Source of the DNA: an uncultured Cetobacterium sp.
GTDB lineage: Bacteria > Fusobacteriota > Fusobacteriia > Fusobacteriales > Fusobacteriaceae
Reading direction: 5' to 3'
Assembly: GCF_947072685.1 (NCBI RefSeq)
Contig: NZ_CAMTIK010000009.1
Location: 3,360-67,359, forward strand
DNA: 64,000 bases
Part shown: positions 1-8,632 of the stretch, in pieces
How positions within the stretch are numbered: position 1 is the stretch's first letter
Layout of the letters: each line of letters begins with the position of its first letter
The notes under the pieces: generated by a model
Databases searched by the model: none
Told to the model about the DNA's origin: nothing
The model's input: the letters and a program-made list of their open reading frames with translations, nothing else
Program-made: the position numbers and the translations under genes

Positions 1-614
1 TCTTAAAAACTCAAGATTTAATCATGAATACTGTTATTGGACAAAGTAAATATCCTTTAATTGGGGATAGAGATCTTGTAAGATGTCAGGAGACCAATTT
101 CACCCAACTTATTACTGATGCTATCCTATGGAAAACGTCTTGTGATGCAGTCTTTATAAACGGTGGAAGTATCCGTGATTCTATCGCTGCTGGAAATATT
201 ACAATTGGTGATATCATGAAATCAATTCCTTTTGGAAATGTTATTATTACTAAGAAAGTTCAAGGGACTCATATAAAAAGTGCTCTTGAAAATGGATTGA
301 AAGCTTATCCTGAATCTCTAGGGGCTATGTCTCAAACTGCTGGAGTGAAAGTTTTCTTTAATCCTAATAACCCTCCATTTGAAAGAGTTAATGATGTTTT
401 TATACAAAATATTCCACTTTCTTTAGATAGCTATTATAATGTAGCTATGACTGATTTTATGGCTTTGGGAGGAGAAGAATATGCCTCTTTTATAGAAGGA
501 GAGGAGATTAATCACTATTCTAGTGTTGAAAATATTGTTATTGAATATATTAAAACTTTTGGTCTCAATATTGACAAAAATATCATTTCAAGATTAATTG
601 TAAAATCAAATTAA
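1..614 (+). CDS. 5'-nucleotidase family protein, C-terminal domain (5'-partial; frame open to window edge)
   Basis: Motifs typical of the 5'-nucleotidase C-terminal domain: ETNFTQLITDA, INGGSIR, PFGN, DFMALGG. The frame is open upstream of ATG 24 (LKTQDLIM). Confidence 0.85.
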   Translation, partial: LKTQDLIMNTVIGQSKYPLIGDRDLVRCQETNFTQLITDAILWKTSCDAVFINGGSIRDSIAAGNITIGDIMKSIPFGNVIITKKVQGTHIKSALENGLKAYPESLGAMSQTAGVKVFFNPNNPPFERVNDVFIQNIPLSLDSYYNVAMTDFMALGGEEYASFIEGEEINHYSSVENIVIEYIKTFGLNIDKNIISRLIVKSN

Positions 615-634
615 AAATATATATCTTCGATTAC

Positions 635-705
635 ATAGGTTTATAAAATCAAGTTATAATTTAATTTAGATTGATTTTTTTTGATAATTCTTCTATAATA
701 TAGTG
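635..705 (+). repeat. 71-bp direct repeat, copy 1 (duplicate of the lepA promoter region)
   Basis: Base-by-base comparison with 55677..55747 gives 70/71 identity (one A/G difference). Confidence 0.95.
671..699 (+). promoter_or_regulatory. sigma70-type promoter inside repeat copy 1
   Basis: TTGATT (671-676), 17 bp, TATAAT (694-699). No ORF of 60 aa or more follows on this strand before the tRNA. Confidence 0.7.
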
Positions 706-820
706 CAGATAAATTTATCTGAATTTCTATTATAAAATATCAATATACCCATTCTGGAATGTAAATTTAAAAAATTTTGTTTAAATAAGTTTTATACCAA
801 TCTAATCATTGTGGAAATCT

Positions 821-854
821 GAACCCCCCCATGCCTAAAGGCATGGGGGGGTTC
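821..854. mobile_element. GC-rich perfect hairpin resembling an IS200/IS605-family subterminal palindrome (possible non-autonomous remnant)
   Basis: GAACCCCCCCATGCC-TAAA-GGCATGGGGGGGTTC is a perfect 15-bp stem with no U-tract on either strand. The GCCTAAAGGC apex resembles IS200/IS605 end hairpins (from memory). No transposase in the window. Confidence 0.4.
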
Positions 855-1044
855 TAAAGCATCAATTATTCTCACTCCTCTCGAAAGTTGAAGTGCACTA
901 TATTTTTTCTTTTAAACTTCCCTTGTTCATTTATTTTCGTCTTTTTTACTCTTGTTTGTAGTCATGAAAAACTCATTTTTTCTAGCTATAATATAATAAA
1001 AAAAAAAGATCTATATTTATAAGATCTTTTAAAGTTTAAAATTA

Positions 1045-1130
1045 TGGTGCCTAGGAAGGGACTTGAACCCTTACTCCCTAGTGGGAAACGGATTTTGAGT
1101 CCGTCGCGTCTACCATTCCGCCACCCAGGC
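1045..1130 (-). tRNA. tRNA-Leu(CAA)
   Basis: Minus strand reads GCCTGGGTGGCGGAATGGTAGAC...GACGGACT-CAA-AATCCGT, long variable arm, GGTTCAAGTCCC...GGCACCA with encoded CCA. Confidence 0.97.
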
Positions 1131-1142
1131 ACTTTCAAAAGT

Positions 1143-1171
1143 ATTGTACCTTAATTTTCAATGTTTGTCAA
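1143..1171 (-). promoter_or_regulatory. tRNA-Leu promoter
   Basis: TTGACA-17-TACAAT on the minus strand just upstream of the tRNA. Confidence 0.8.
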
Positions 1172-1298
1172 CATCTTTTTTAATTTATAATAATTCTTTA
1201 TTTCTCTGAGTTTTTAGCTGTAAAAAAATAGTATCGTTTGACTTTCACTTCTATTTATTTTAAAATACTTAAATACTATATAATTTAATGGAGGAAAT

Positions 1299-3005
1299 AT
1301 GTTAAAAAAATTTGTTAGTTACTACAAACCTTATCGAAAATTATTTTTTTTAGATTTATTTGCTGCTATTATTGTTTCCTTGTGTGACTTAATTTATCCC
1401 ATGTTAAGTAGAGTCGCAGTAAATAATTATATTCCAAATAAAAATTATAAGGCAATAACACTTTTAGCCCTCTTTCTTTTAGGAATATATCTCACTAAAT
1501 TACTTTGTAATTTTTTTATGAACTATTGGGGCCATGTTGTCGGCGTTAGAATGCAAGCTGATATGAGAAGAGATGTCTATGCTAAACTTCAAAATTTTCC
1601 TATTAAATATTTTGATAATACTCAAACAGGGAGTATTATGTCGAGAATTGTAAATGATTTACAAGAGGTTTCAGAACTTGCTCACCATGGACCTGAAGAT
1701 CTTTTTATCTCTATTATTATGATTTTGGGTTCTTTTCTTCTTCTTCTTAATATCAATGTTCCACTTACTTTAATTATTTTTTCTGTAATTCCATTTACAA
1801 TTTGGTTCACAATAAATAGACGACAACGAATGGCGGAAGCCTTTTTAAAGACTAGAGAAACTATTGGGGCTATTAACTCTACACTTCAAAACAGTATTAG
1901 TGGGATAAGAGTATCAAAAGCTTTTGTCAATAGAGATGTCGAGCTAGAAAAATTTAAAAAAAACAATATCAAATTTAAAGAAGCTAGAGAAGATGCTTAT
2001 AAGGTTATGGCTGAATATGTTTCTGGTATGACATTTTTAACCGATATGCTAGACTATCTTGTACTTATTTTTGGAGCTATCTTCACTTATCAAGAGAAAA
2101 TCAATTTTGGCGATTTTTTAGCTTATCTCTTATATATACGAATATTCAGTCAACCTATAAAAAGACTTGTTGGTTTTGTTGAACAGTACCAAAATGGAAT
2201 GAGTGGGTTTAAGCGTTTCAATCAAATTTTAGAGGAAGATATTGAAAAAAATTCACCCAGTGCTAAGGAACTAACAAATGTAAAGGGAGATATTGAGTTT
2301 TCAGACGTATTTTTCAGTCATGATAAAAAAAATATTCTTAACAATTTATCTTTAAAAATAACTGCTGGTCAAACACTTGCCCTTGTTGGTCCATCAGGTG
2401 GTGGTAAAACAACTATCTGCAATCTTATACCTCGTTTTTATGATATCGATACTGGAGATATTACGATCGATAATAATAGTATTTATGGCCTTACAATTGA
2501 CTCTTTAAGAAAAAATATAGGTATTGTACAACAAGATCCTTTTTTATTTACAGGAACAATAAAAGAAAATTTAATTATTGGAAAAATAGATGCTACAGAT
2601 GCTGAAATTATTGATGCTGCCCAAAAAGCTAATATCCATGATTTTATCACAACTCTTCCAGAAGGATACGATACTGACGTTGGAGAAAGAGGTGTTAAAC
2701 TCTCGGGTGGTCAAAAACAAAGAATTGCTATTGGACGAATTTTCTTAAAAAATCCTCCAATACTTATTCTTGACGAAGCTACTTCAGCTCTTGATAACAT
2801 AACTGAACAACTGATTCAAGAATCTTTAGATACACTTTCAAAAGGACGAACAACAATTGTTGTAGCTCACAGGCTTTCAACAATTAAAAAGGCTAACACT
2901 ATAGCTGTTTTAACTGATGAGGGTATCATTGAAAGAGGAACTCACGAGGAATTATTAAGAAAAAAAGGTATTTATTATAATCTTCATTTGGGAATAACTA
3001 TATAG
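1299..3005 (+). CDS. ABC exporter, fused permease/ATPase (MsbA/MdlB-like)
   Basis: N-terminal TM helices, Walker A GPSGGGKT, signature LSGGQ, Walker B DEATSALD. Confidence 0.92.
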   Translation: MLKKFVSYYKPYRKLFFLDLFAAIIVSLCDLIYPMLSRVAVNNYIPNKNYKAITLLALFLLGIYLTKLLCNFFMNYWGHVVGVRMQADMRRDVYAKLQNFPIKYFDNTQTGSIMSRIVNDLQEVSELAHHGPEDLFISIIMILGSFLLLLNINVPLTLIIFSVIPFTIWFTINRRQRMAEAFLKTRETIGAINSTLQNSISGIRVSKAFVNRDVELEKFKKNNIKFKEAREDAYKVMAEYVSGMTFLTDMLDYLVLIFGAIFTYQEKINFGDFLAYLLYIRIFSQPIKRLVGFVEQYQNGMSGFKRFNQILEEDIEKNSPSAKELTNVKGDIEFSDVFFSHDKKNILNNLSLKITAGQTLALVGPSGGGKTTICNLIPRFYDIDTGDITIDNNSIYGLTIDSLRKNIGIVQQDPFLFTGTIKENLIIGKIDATDAEIIDAAQKANIHDFITTLPEGYDTDVGERGVKLSGGQKQRIAIGRIFLKNPPILILDEATSALDNITEQLIQESLDTLSKGRTTIVVAHRLSTIKKANTIAVLTDEGIIERGTHEELLRKKGIYYNLHLGITI

Positions 3006-3028
3006 ATATTTAGATTAATCTAGTTCAT

Positions 3029-3853
3029 CTATTGATGTTTTTCGAACTCACTTCCTATATAAACCTTTATTTTTTTATTATGTTTTATCAATATCTTTCC
3101 CAGTATTTGAGATATTTGTCCATAGTTTTCTCCTTGGAAAGCTATGGGTTCAAAATTTTTCTCAATAGAATTAATATATATATAGCCAAAAAGTGCTCCA
3201 TTTGAACTTCCTGTCGCTGATTCCTCCTCTATCCCATAAAGTGGTGCAAAATTTCTACAATACACCACTTTCTCCTCTATACAATAGATATGATATCCCA
3301 CAACACTATTTACTTTTGATAACTCCTCTATCCGTTTTAAGTCTATTTTCAAACTATTCAATATCTTTCTATTTTTTACAGGTATAAGTATATCTCTTAA
3401 CCCACTATAACCCACCACTATATTAAAGTTTTTATCCAAATCTTCCCTACTCACTCCTATTGATTCTATTATCTCCTCTTCATTTAAAACTCCATATATT
3501 GCAATGTCATCCTGTTCTAAAAAAATTTTATTTTCTTCAACAATCACATTTAAATCTCTAATTTTTAATCTTTCTATAAACTCTCCTGTTTCTATTATCC
3601 CCATCTTTTTTAAAACATAAAAAGCCCCTAAAGATGCATGTCCACAAAAGTCTATCTCACATTTTGAAGTAAAAAATCTAAGCTCAAATATATTTGTATC
3701 TATTTTTTTTACAAAAACTGTTTCCGATAGATTTAATTTTGTCGCTATCTTTTGACAATCTTTCTTTGAAATATATTCATCATTTAAAAAAACAACCCCT
3801 GCTTTATTTCCACCTTTTCCCTTATATGTAAATACGTCCACTATATATTCCAT
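3029..3853 (-). CDS. PhzF-family (DapF-fold) isomerase
   Basis: DVFT..GGN.AGV, LSETVF, FCGHA, EESATGS motifs. Start placed at ATG 3853 behind the SD AAAGGAG (ORF track starts at 3868). Confidence 0.85.
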   Translation of the reverse strand: MEYIVDVFTYKGKGGNKAGVVFLNDEYISKKDCQKIATKLNLSETVFVKKIDTNIFELRFFTSKCEIDFCGHASLGAFYVLKKMGIIETGEFIERLKIRDLNVIVEENKIFLEQDDIAIYGVLNEEEIIESIGVSREDLDKNFNIVVGYSGLRDILIPVKNRKILNSLKIDLKRIEELSKVNSVVGYHIYCIEEKVVYCRNFAPLYGIEEESATGSSNGALFGYIYINSIEKNFEPIAFQGENYGQISQILGKILIKHNKKIKVYIGSEFEKHQ

Positions 3854-3866
3854 TCTCTCTCCTTTC

Positions 3867-3897
3867 AAAAAAGGAGTATACTTTCGTACACTCCCTT
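3867..3897 (-). terminator. Intrinsic terminator after kamE
   Basis: Minus strand GGGAGTGTAC-GAAA-GTATACTCC followed by TTTTTT. Confidence 0.75.
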
Positions 3898-3905
3898 AAA
3901 TCAAA

Positions 3906-4694
3906 TTATTTTTTTATTCTTCTTTCTAGCTCTTGAACAGTGTACGACGCTACATCATCAGCATATGTTCCTGTCCCAAATCCAGCATCATATCCAAGCT
4001 CTTTAGCTAGTTCATGCGTTATTCTAGCCCCACCACAAACTACTAACATTTTATCCCTTAACCCTTCCGCCTCTAACATTTCAATCAACTCTACTAAATT
4101 TTTTATATGCACATCTTTTTGAGTAACTGTTTGTGAAACCAAAAGTACATCAGCATTTATCTCCAAAGCCTTAGCTATAAAATCTTCATTCAAAACTTGG
4201 CTTCCCATATTTAAGGCTTCAATCATCTCATATCTTTCTAATCCATAATGTCCAGCGTACCCTTTCATGTTCATAACAGCATCTATTCCCACAGTATGTG
4301 CATCTGTTCCTGTACTTGCTCCAAGAACAACTATTTTTCTTCCGATATGCTCCTTTACAAACTTATCAGTTTCCTCCATAGACCAAACTGTTGATTCCAC
4401 TTTAGGTACATATATTGTTTCGTAGTCCACTGTATGAGTACAACTCCCATAGCAATTAAAAAATGTAAATCCTTTTGTTAGCTCCTTATAATATGATACC
4501 TGCGGATTTTCAAATCCCATTTTTTTCATAAGTTGTTTTGCTGCTTCCACTCCCTCAGCTCCAGATGGTACTGGTAGTGTAAATGATAGATGTGTTTTTC
4601 CATCATTCATTGTATCTCCGTATGGCTTAACCGCTTTTAAATCTAGCGTTGTATCAAAACCTCTTTCTTCCATTGAATATAATCCACCACTCAT
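3906..4694 (-). CDS. kamE: Lysine 5,6-aminomutase beta subunit (B12-binding)
   Basis: KPYGDTMNDGK N-terminus, cobalamin motif DAHTVG, YGLERY PLP region, operon context. Confidence 0.95.
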   Translation of the reverse strand: MSGGLYSMEERGFDTTLDLKAVKPYGDTMNDGKTHLSFTLPVPSGAEGVEAAKQLMKKMGFENPQVSYYKELTKGFTFFNCYGSCTHTVDYETIYVPKVESTVWSMEETDKFVKEHIGRKIVVLGASTGTDAHTVGIDAVMNMKGYAGHYGLERYEMIEALNMGSQVLNEDFIAKALEINADVLLVSQTVTQKDVHIKNLVELIEMLEAEGLRDKMLVVCGGARITHELAKELGYDAGFGTGTYADDVASYTVQELERRIKK

Positions 4695-6253
4695 TATTTA
4701 CACCCTCCTAACATTTTCGGAATAAATAGATTCATGTAACTTGAACCTTTTTCAACAACTCCTGCCAATCCTTTTCCACCAGTTCTGCTTCTTTTTATAT
4801 CAGCAAAAGTTCCTTTTTCTAAAGAGTTAAACAATCCATCCGCAACCATTTTATCAAGTAAATTTACAGATTTATCTAAAACCTCTTTAGCTCTATTTTG
4901 AATCATTCCATTCTCTTTAAACTCTATTTCTGAACCTAAATCTCTCATGTTGTTAAATATATATCTTGCATTCTCGATTGCTAAATATCTATCAGACATA
5001 AATGGGGTGTGAATCGCCTCTGTCATCATTCCTAAAAGCTGTAATCCTTGTCCTGTCATAATAGCAACCTGATTAAACAATGCATCTTGTATGTGACCTT
5101 TAAAAACATTTCCTGTCATAAATTTTGTCGGTGGCATATATTTCAACGGTGCATTTGGGAAGATCTCTCTTGTCATCTGAGCTTGAGATAGTTCTAATAA
5201 AAATCCATTTTCCAAATCTGGATCAATTTCAAAAGCGTGACCTAGCCCCATTTGTTCTTCTGGTAATCCCGCCATAAATGCCAACTGCTCGTTAATTAAA
5301 TCTGATGCCAAAACTGTATGTGCATTCTCAACAGCATCTGCTGTTGTTAAATAGTTATCTTCACCTGTATTTATTATAACTCCAGCAAATCCATTTATCA
5401 CTCTCGAGAAAAATTGATCTACAAGTGTTCTTTGCATATTTATATCTCTAAAAAGTATTCCATACAATGCATCATTTAACATTACATCCAGCCTCTCTAG
5501 AGCTCCCATAGCTGCGATTTCCGGCATACAAAGACCCGAACAATAGTTGCATAATCTTATGTATCTTCCAACTTCCTCTCCAACTTCATCAAGGGCTTTT
5601 CTCATAATTCTAAAATTTTCTTGTGTTGCAAAAGTTCCACCAAAACCTTCTGTTGTAGCACCATAAGGTACATAATCCAATAAACTTTGTCCTGTTGTTC
5701 TGATCACAGCTATTATATCAGCTCCTTGCCTAGCTGCAGCTTGAGCCTGTATTACATCCTCATATATATTTCCTGTAGCAACTATAACATATAGATAAGG
5801 TTTTGGTCCCTCCCCTATTGTTTCTAAATATCTATCTCTTTGGTTTCTATTATTTTTTATTCTATCCACAACTCTATCTGCTATAACTTCAATTTTCTTT
5901 TGTGCGTCCTCTTTCGGATGCTGTTTAATTTTTGTTAAATCCAGTTCCCCAGAAGACACTTTTTCTGCTATTTCTTGAGGTGTTAATCCCGTTTCTATCA
6001 TTGTATTTCCTAAAAAATACATAACCCCTTCAGACAATACCCCTCTATCTTTAAGATGATCTACCACAACATTTGGTAAAGGTACTTCATCCTCATTTAT
6101 ACCATCTATCTCTAACAATCTACAAATAGTTCTCTCAACAGCCACTGTGGTATATGAATCCACAAACTTCTGAACATCTAATGCGATATCTTTCGCTAAA
6201 TTCCTAGCCTTATCAACCTTGTTAAAATCTAACCCCAACTTACTTTTAAACAT
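4694..6253 (-). CDS. kamD: Lysine 5,6-aminomutase alpha subunit
   Basis: VATGNIYED, AVIRTTGQSLLDY, NYCSGLCMPE, KYMPPTK motifs. Stop/start overlap with kamE. Confidence 0.95.
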   Translation of the reverse strand: MFKSKLGLDFNKVDKARNLAKDIALDVQKFVDSYTTVAVERTICRLLEIDGINEDEVPLPNVVVDHLKDRGVLSEGVMYFLGNTMIETGLTPQEIAEKVSSGELDLTKIKQHPKEDAQKKIEVIADRVVDRIKNNRNQRDRYLETIGEGPKPYLYVIVATGNIYEDVIQAQAAARQGADIIAVIRTTGQSLLDYVPYGATTEGFGGTFATQENFRIMRKALDEVGEEVGRYIRLCNYCSGLCMPEIAAMGALERLDVMLNDALYGILFRDINMQRTLVDQFFSRVINGFAGVIINTGEDNYLTTADAVENAHTVLASDLINEQLAFMAGLPEEQMGLGHAFEIDPDLENGFLLELSQAQMTREIFPNAPLKYMPPTKFMTGNVFKGHIQDALFNQVAIMTGQGLQLLGMMTEAIHTPFMSDRYLAIENARYIFNNMRDLGSEIEFKENGMIQNRAKEVLDKSVNLLDKMVADGLFNSLEKGTFADIKRSRTGGKGLAGVVEKGSSYMNLFIPKMLGGCK

Positions 6254-6264
6254 CCAATATCCTC

Positions 6265-7596
6265 CTATAAATATTTATATGATTCACTTATGATATCTTC
6301 ATCTATTTTCAATAGTTTTGCTATTGTCAATGCTTCTGCCGGAACATTATCATCTTCAACTTCAATCAAAGAATAATCTATGTAGTTTTCTATATTTTCA
6401 AATGTTACACCTTCATCTATCTCTGTTTTTTTTATTCCAGTGACTCTTAATTTTACAACATCGTTTCCAACTTTATTATAGTGAGTTGTAATAACAGATT
6501 CTATAAAATTTTTTTTGAGAATATTTATCACTCCTCTCAAAAGCGCCCTTCCTTCTTGAGGGTTTGTTGTTCTTGCGAGTTCATCTATCAGAATAAGAGG
6601 TTTTACACCTTTTTTTACTTTCTTTATAATACTATCGACCTCTAGCATCTCAGCTGCAAATGATGAGAGCCCATTCTCTAGAGATTGAAGATCCCCAATC
6701 AGAATACAGACCTCATCAACTATCAAGAGTTTCGCCTCTTGTGCTGGAACATAAAACCCCATTTGAGCCATCTTTTGAACTAATCCCAATGTCTTTAAAG
6801 TCAATGTCTTCCCTGACATATTTGCTCCTGTTATAATAGTAACTCCATTGTAAAGAGATATATCTATCTTTTGATAATCTTTATTTTTTTCCGCAAGTCC
6901 TTTCAAAACTTTAGGATTAAACATCCCTTTAATTTCAGTTCTTTCAGTAAAACTAGGTCTAACCAATCCTAATTTTAAAACTTGGTCAGCTTTAGCAAGT
7001 ATAAAATCTAAATAACCCAACCTTTTTACCGAACTCTTTAAAATTTGATTATAGTTTAATAATTTCCTACTGATAACCTTTCTTACATCATCTTCCAACT
7101 CTACTTCAGCTTCATATAACCTTTCATCCTTAGTTTTTTTTATCTCTTTTCTAATCTCGGACAACTCTATTGAGTAGGAGCTATATATATGAAAACTAGC
7201 TATTCTTATTTTATCTGGATCCAATATATCTATTACTTTTTCCAAATTCTGTGGGGCTAAAAAATCATATTCTATCCCTAAAATTTCATATATCTCTTGG
7301 GAGATCATGGAAAAAATTTTAATTTCAAAAAGTTCAATATCATCTAATATATAGCCATTACATAATCTTTCTATTGTAAAGCTTACATCTTTTAGGGAGC
7401 ATATTTTCCTCTTCAACTCTCTATATAGATTTGGTTTGCTTTCTAAGAGTGTAAGTGTTCTTTCTAAGTTCAAATACTCTTTTTCTAAAAAAATTTCATC
7501 TCTTGAAAACTTAACTTCTCTTACTGTTTTCTTACCTAATTTACTTACAATATCTAAGGTCTCAACTATGTAATCAAATCCTATTTTTTTAAACAT
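6265..7596 (-). CDS. kamC: MutS-like ATPase, aminomutase reactivation factor subunit
   Basis: MutS domain V motifs ITGANMSGKT, DELARTTNP, TTHY. No mismatch-binding domain. Lies between kamB and kamD. Confidence 0.85.
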   Translation of the reverse strand: MFKKIGFDYIVETLDIVSKLGKKTVREVKFSRDEIFLEKEYLNLERTLTLLESKPNLYRELKRKICSLKDVSFTIERLCNGYILDDIELFEIKIFSMISQEIYEILGIEYDFLAPQNLEKVIDILDPDKIRIASFHIYSSYSIELSEIRKEIKKTKDERLYEAEVELEDDVRKVISRKLLNYNQILKSSVKRLGYLDFILAKADQVLKLGLVRPSFTERTEIKGMFNPKVLKGLAEKNKDYQKIDISLYNGVTIITGANMSGKTLTLKTLGLVQKMAQMGFYVPAQEAKLLIVDEVCILIGDLQSLENGLSSFAAEMLEVDSIIKKVKKGVKPLILIDELARTTNPQEGRALLRGVINILKKNFIESVITTHYNKVGNDVVKLRVTGIKKTEIDEGVTFENIENYIDYSLIEVEDDNVPAEALTIAKLLKIDEDIISESYKYL

Positions 7597-8608
7597 CCGT
7601 CTCCTCCCTTAGATTTACAACTGGTATGTCTGTAAACTTTTCAATAGCTTTTATTAACTCCTTAGAATTTAAAATATGTCCTGTCGGTGCTATCGGATTG
7701 ATAGTAATTGCTATTAATTTAGTACTGAACAGTACTTTTAGAAAACCACCTCTTTTAAAAAATTTATTTAAAACTTCTTGAGAAACAAATATTTTTGTAA
7801 AATCTTTAACTATAATCTCTAAATATTTTACAAAACTTTGTTTTGACAAATTATCAATAAATCTCTCAGTTAAAACTCCAGTTATATACAACGAGCATCT
7901 CTCTTCAAAAATGTTTTTCTCTAGTTGTGAAAAATTTAAAATAGATTTTATTGGCAGTTTCTCGATTATTTCTTTCTCCCAAATCACTTTATAGATTCCA
8001 TCCTCTAAGTTTAAAAGTTTATTTCTCTTTTCATTCTCTAAAGAATCCAACTTCAAAAGCTCTATAATATGCCTAGTTTTCTTTACTATCTCATTCAAAT
8101 TTAACGATATTGCCGCACCCGTTGATAAAACTATTCCTTCTGTAATAATAGGAGACCCTACACTCAAACGAGATAGGGCCCCATCAACTATTACTGTATC
8201 CACGCCTTTTTCTAAAATTTCATCTATTACTTTCTTTACCCAACTACTATTTGAAGGTCCTGACAAAAGAACTGTTCCCTCTCCTATTGCTCTAGCAATA
8301 ACCAATCTACCAAGAGCTGTTGATTGCTCACTCACTCCCAATATTTCAGCTTGAAACTTTTTCTTTTTATAGTGTTTCTCACTAGTCGCAAATAGCATCC
8401 CTTCAAATATTGTTACTTCTGGTTTTGATGTTGCTGTGACAATATCTGTTATCTCCCCATCTATCCCAATAGAGGTAGTTCCTACAACAACACCAATATT
8501 TTTTAATCTTTTTAAGATATAGTTCATCGTTTCAGTTTTTCCAACATTTTTTTCCAAACCGATTGTGGCAATACTTCTATATTTTTTTATTTCATTTATA
8601 AAAGGCAT
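7589..8608 (-). CDS. kamB: KamB, partner of KamC
   Basis: GLEKNVGKT, TSIG.DGE, VDGALSR motifs. Located between kamA and the MutS-like gene. Confidence 0.8.
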   Translation of the reverse strand: MPFINEIKKYRSIATIGLEKNVGKTETMNYILKRLKNIGVVVGTTSIGIDGEITDIVTATSKPEVTIFEGMLFATSEKHYKKKKFQAEILGVSEQSTALGRLVIARAIGEGTVLLSGPSNSSWVKKVIDEILEKGVDTVIVDGALSRLSVGSPIITEGIVLSTGAAISLNLNEIVKKTRHIIELLKLDSLENEKRNKLLNLEDGIYKVIWEKEIIEKLPIKSILNFSQLEKNIFEERCSLYITGVLTERFIDNLSKQSFVKYLEIIVKDFTKIFVSQEVLNKFFKRGGFLKVLFSTKLIAITINPIAPTGHILNSKELIKAIEKFTDIPVVNLREETDV

Positions 8609-8632
8609 GGTTTTCTCCTTTCAAGTCAACTC

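Noticed and set aside
803-835. Minus-strand GGSDFH (PHP-phosphoesterase-like motif) running out of the hairpin
   Set aside because: Only six residues, partly produced by the G-run of the hairpin and followed by a stop. No other PHP motifs were found.
927-965. 12-codon minus-strand ORF MTTNKSKKDENK ending in TGA
   Set aside because: Weak SD, no SECIS-like hairpin after the TGA, and a TAA four codons later.
6265-7596. MutS-like gene as a DNA-repair gene
   Set aside because: It has only the ATPase domain and sits between kamB and kamD, which fits KamC.
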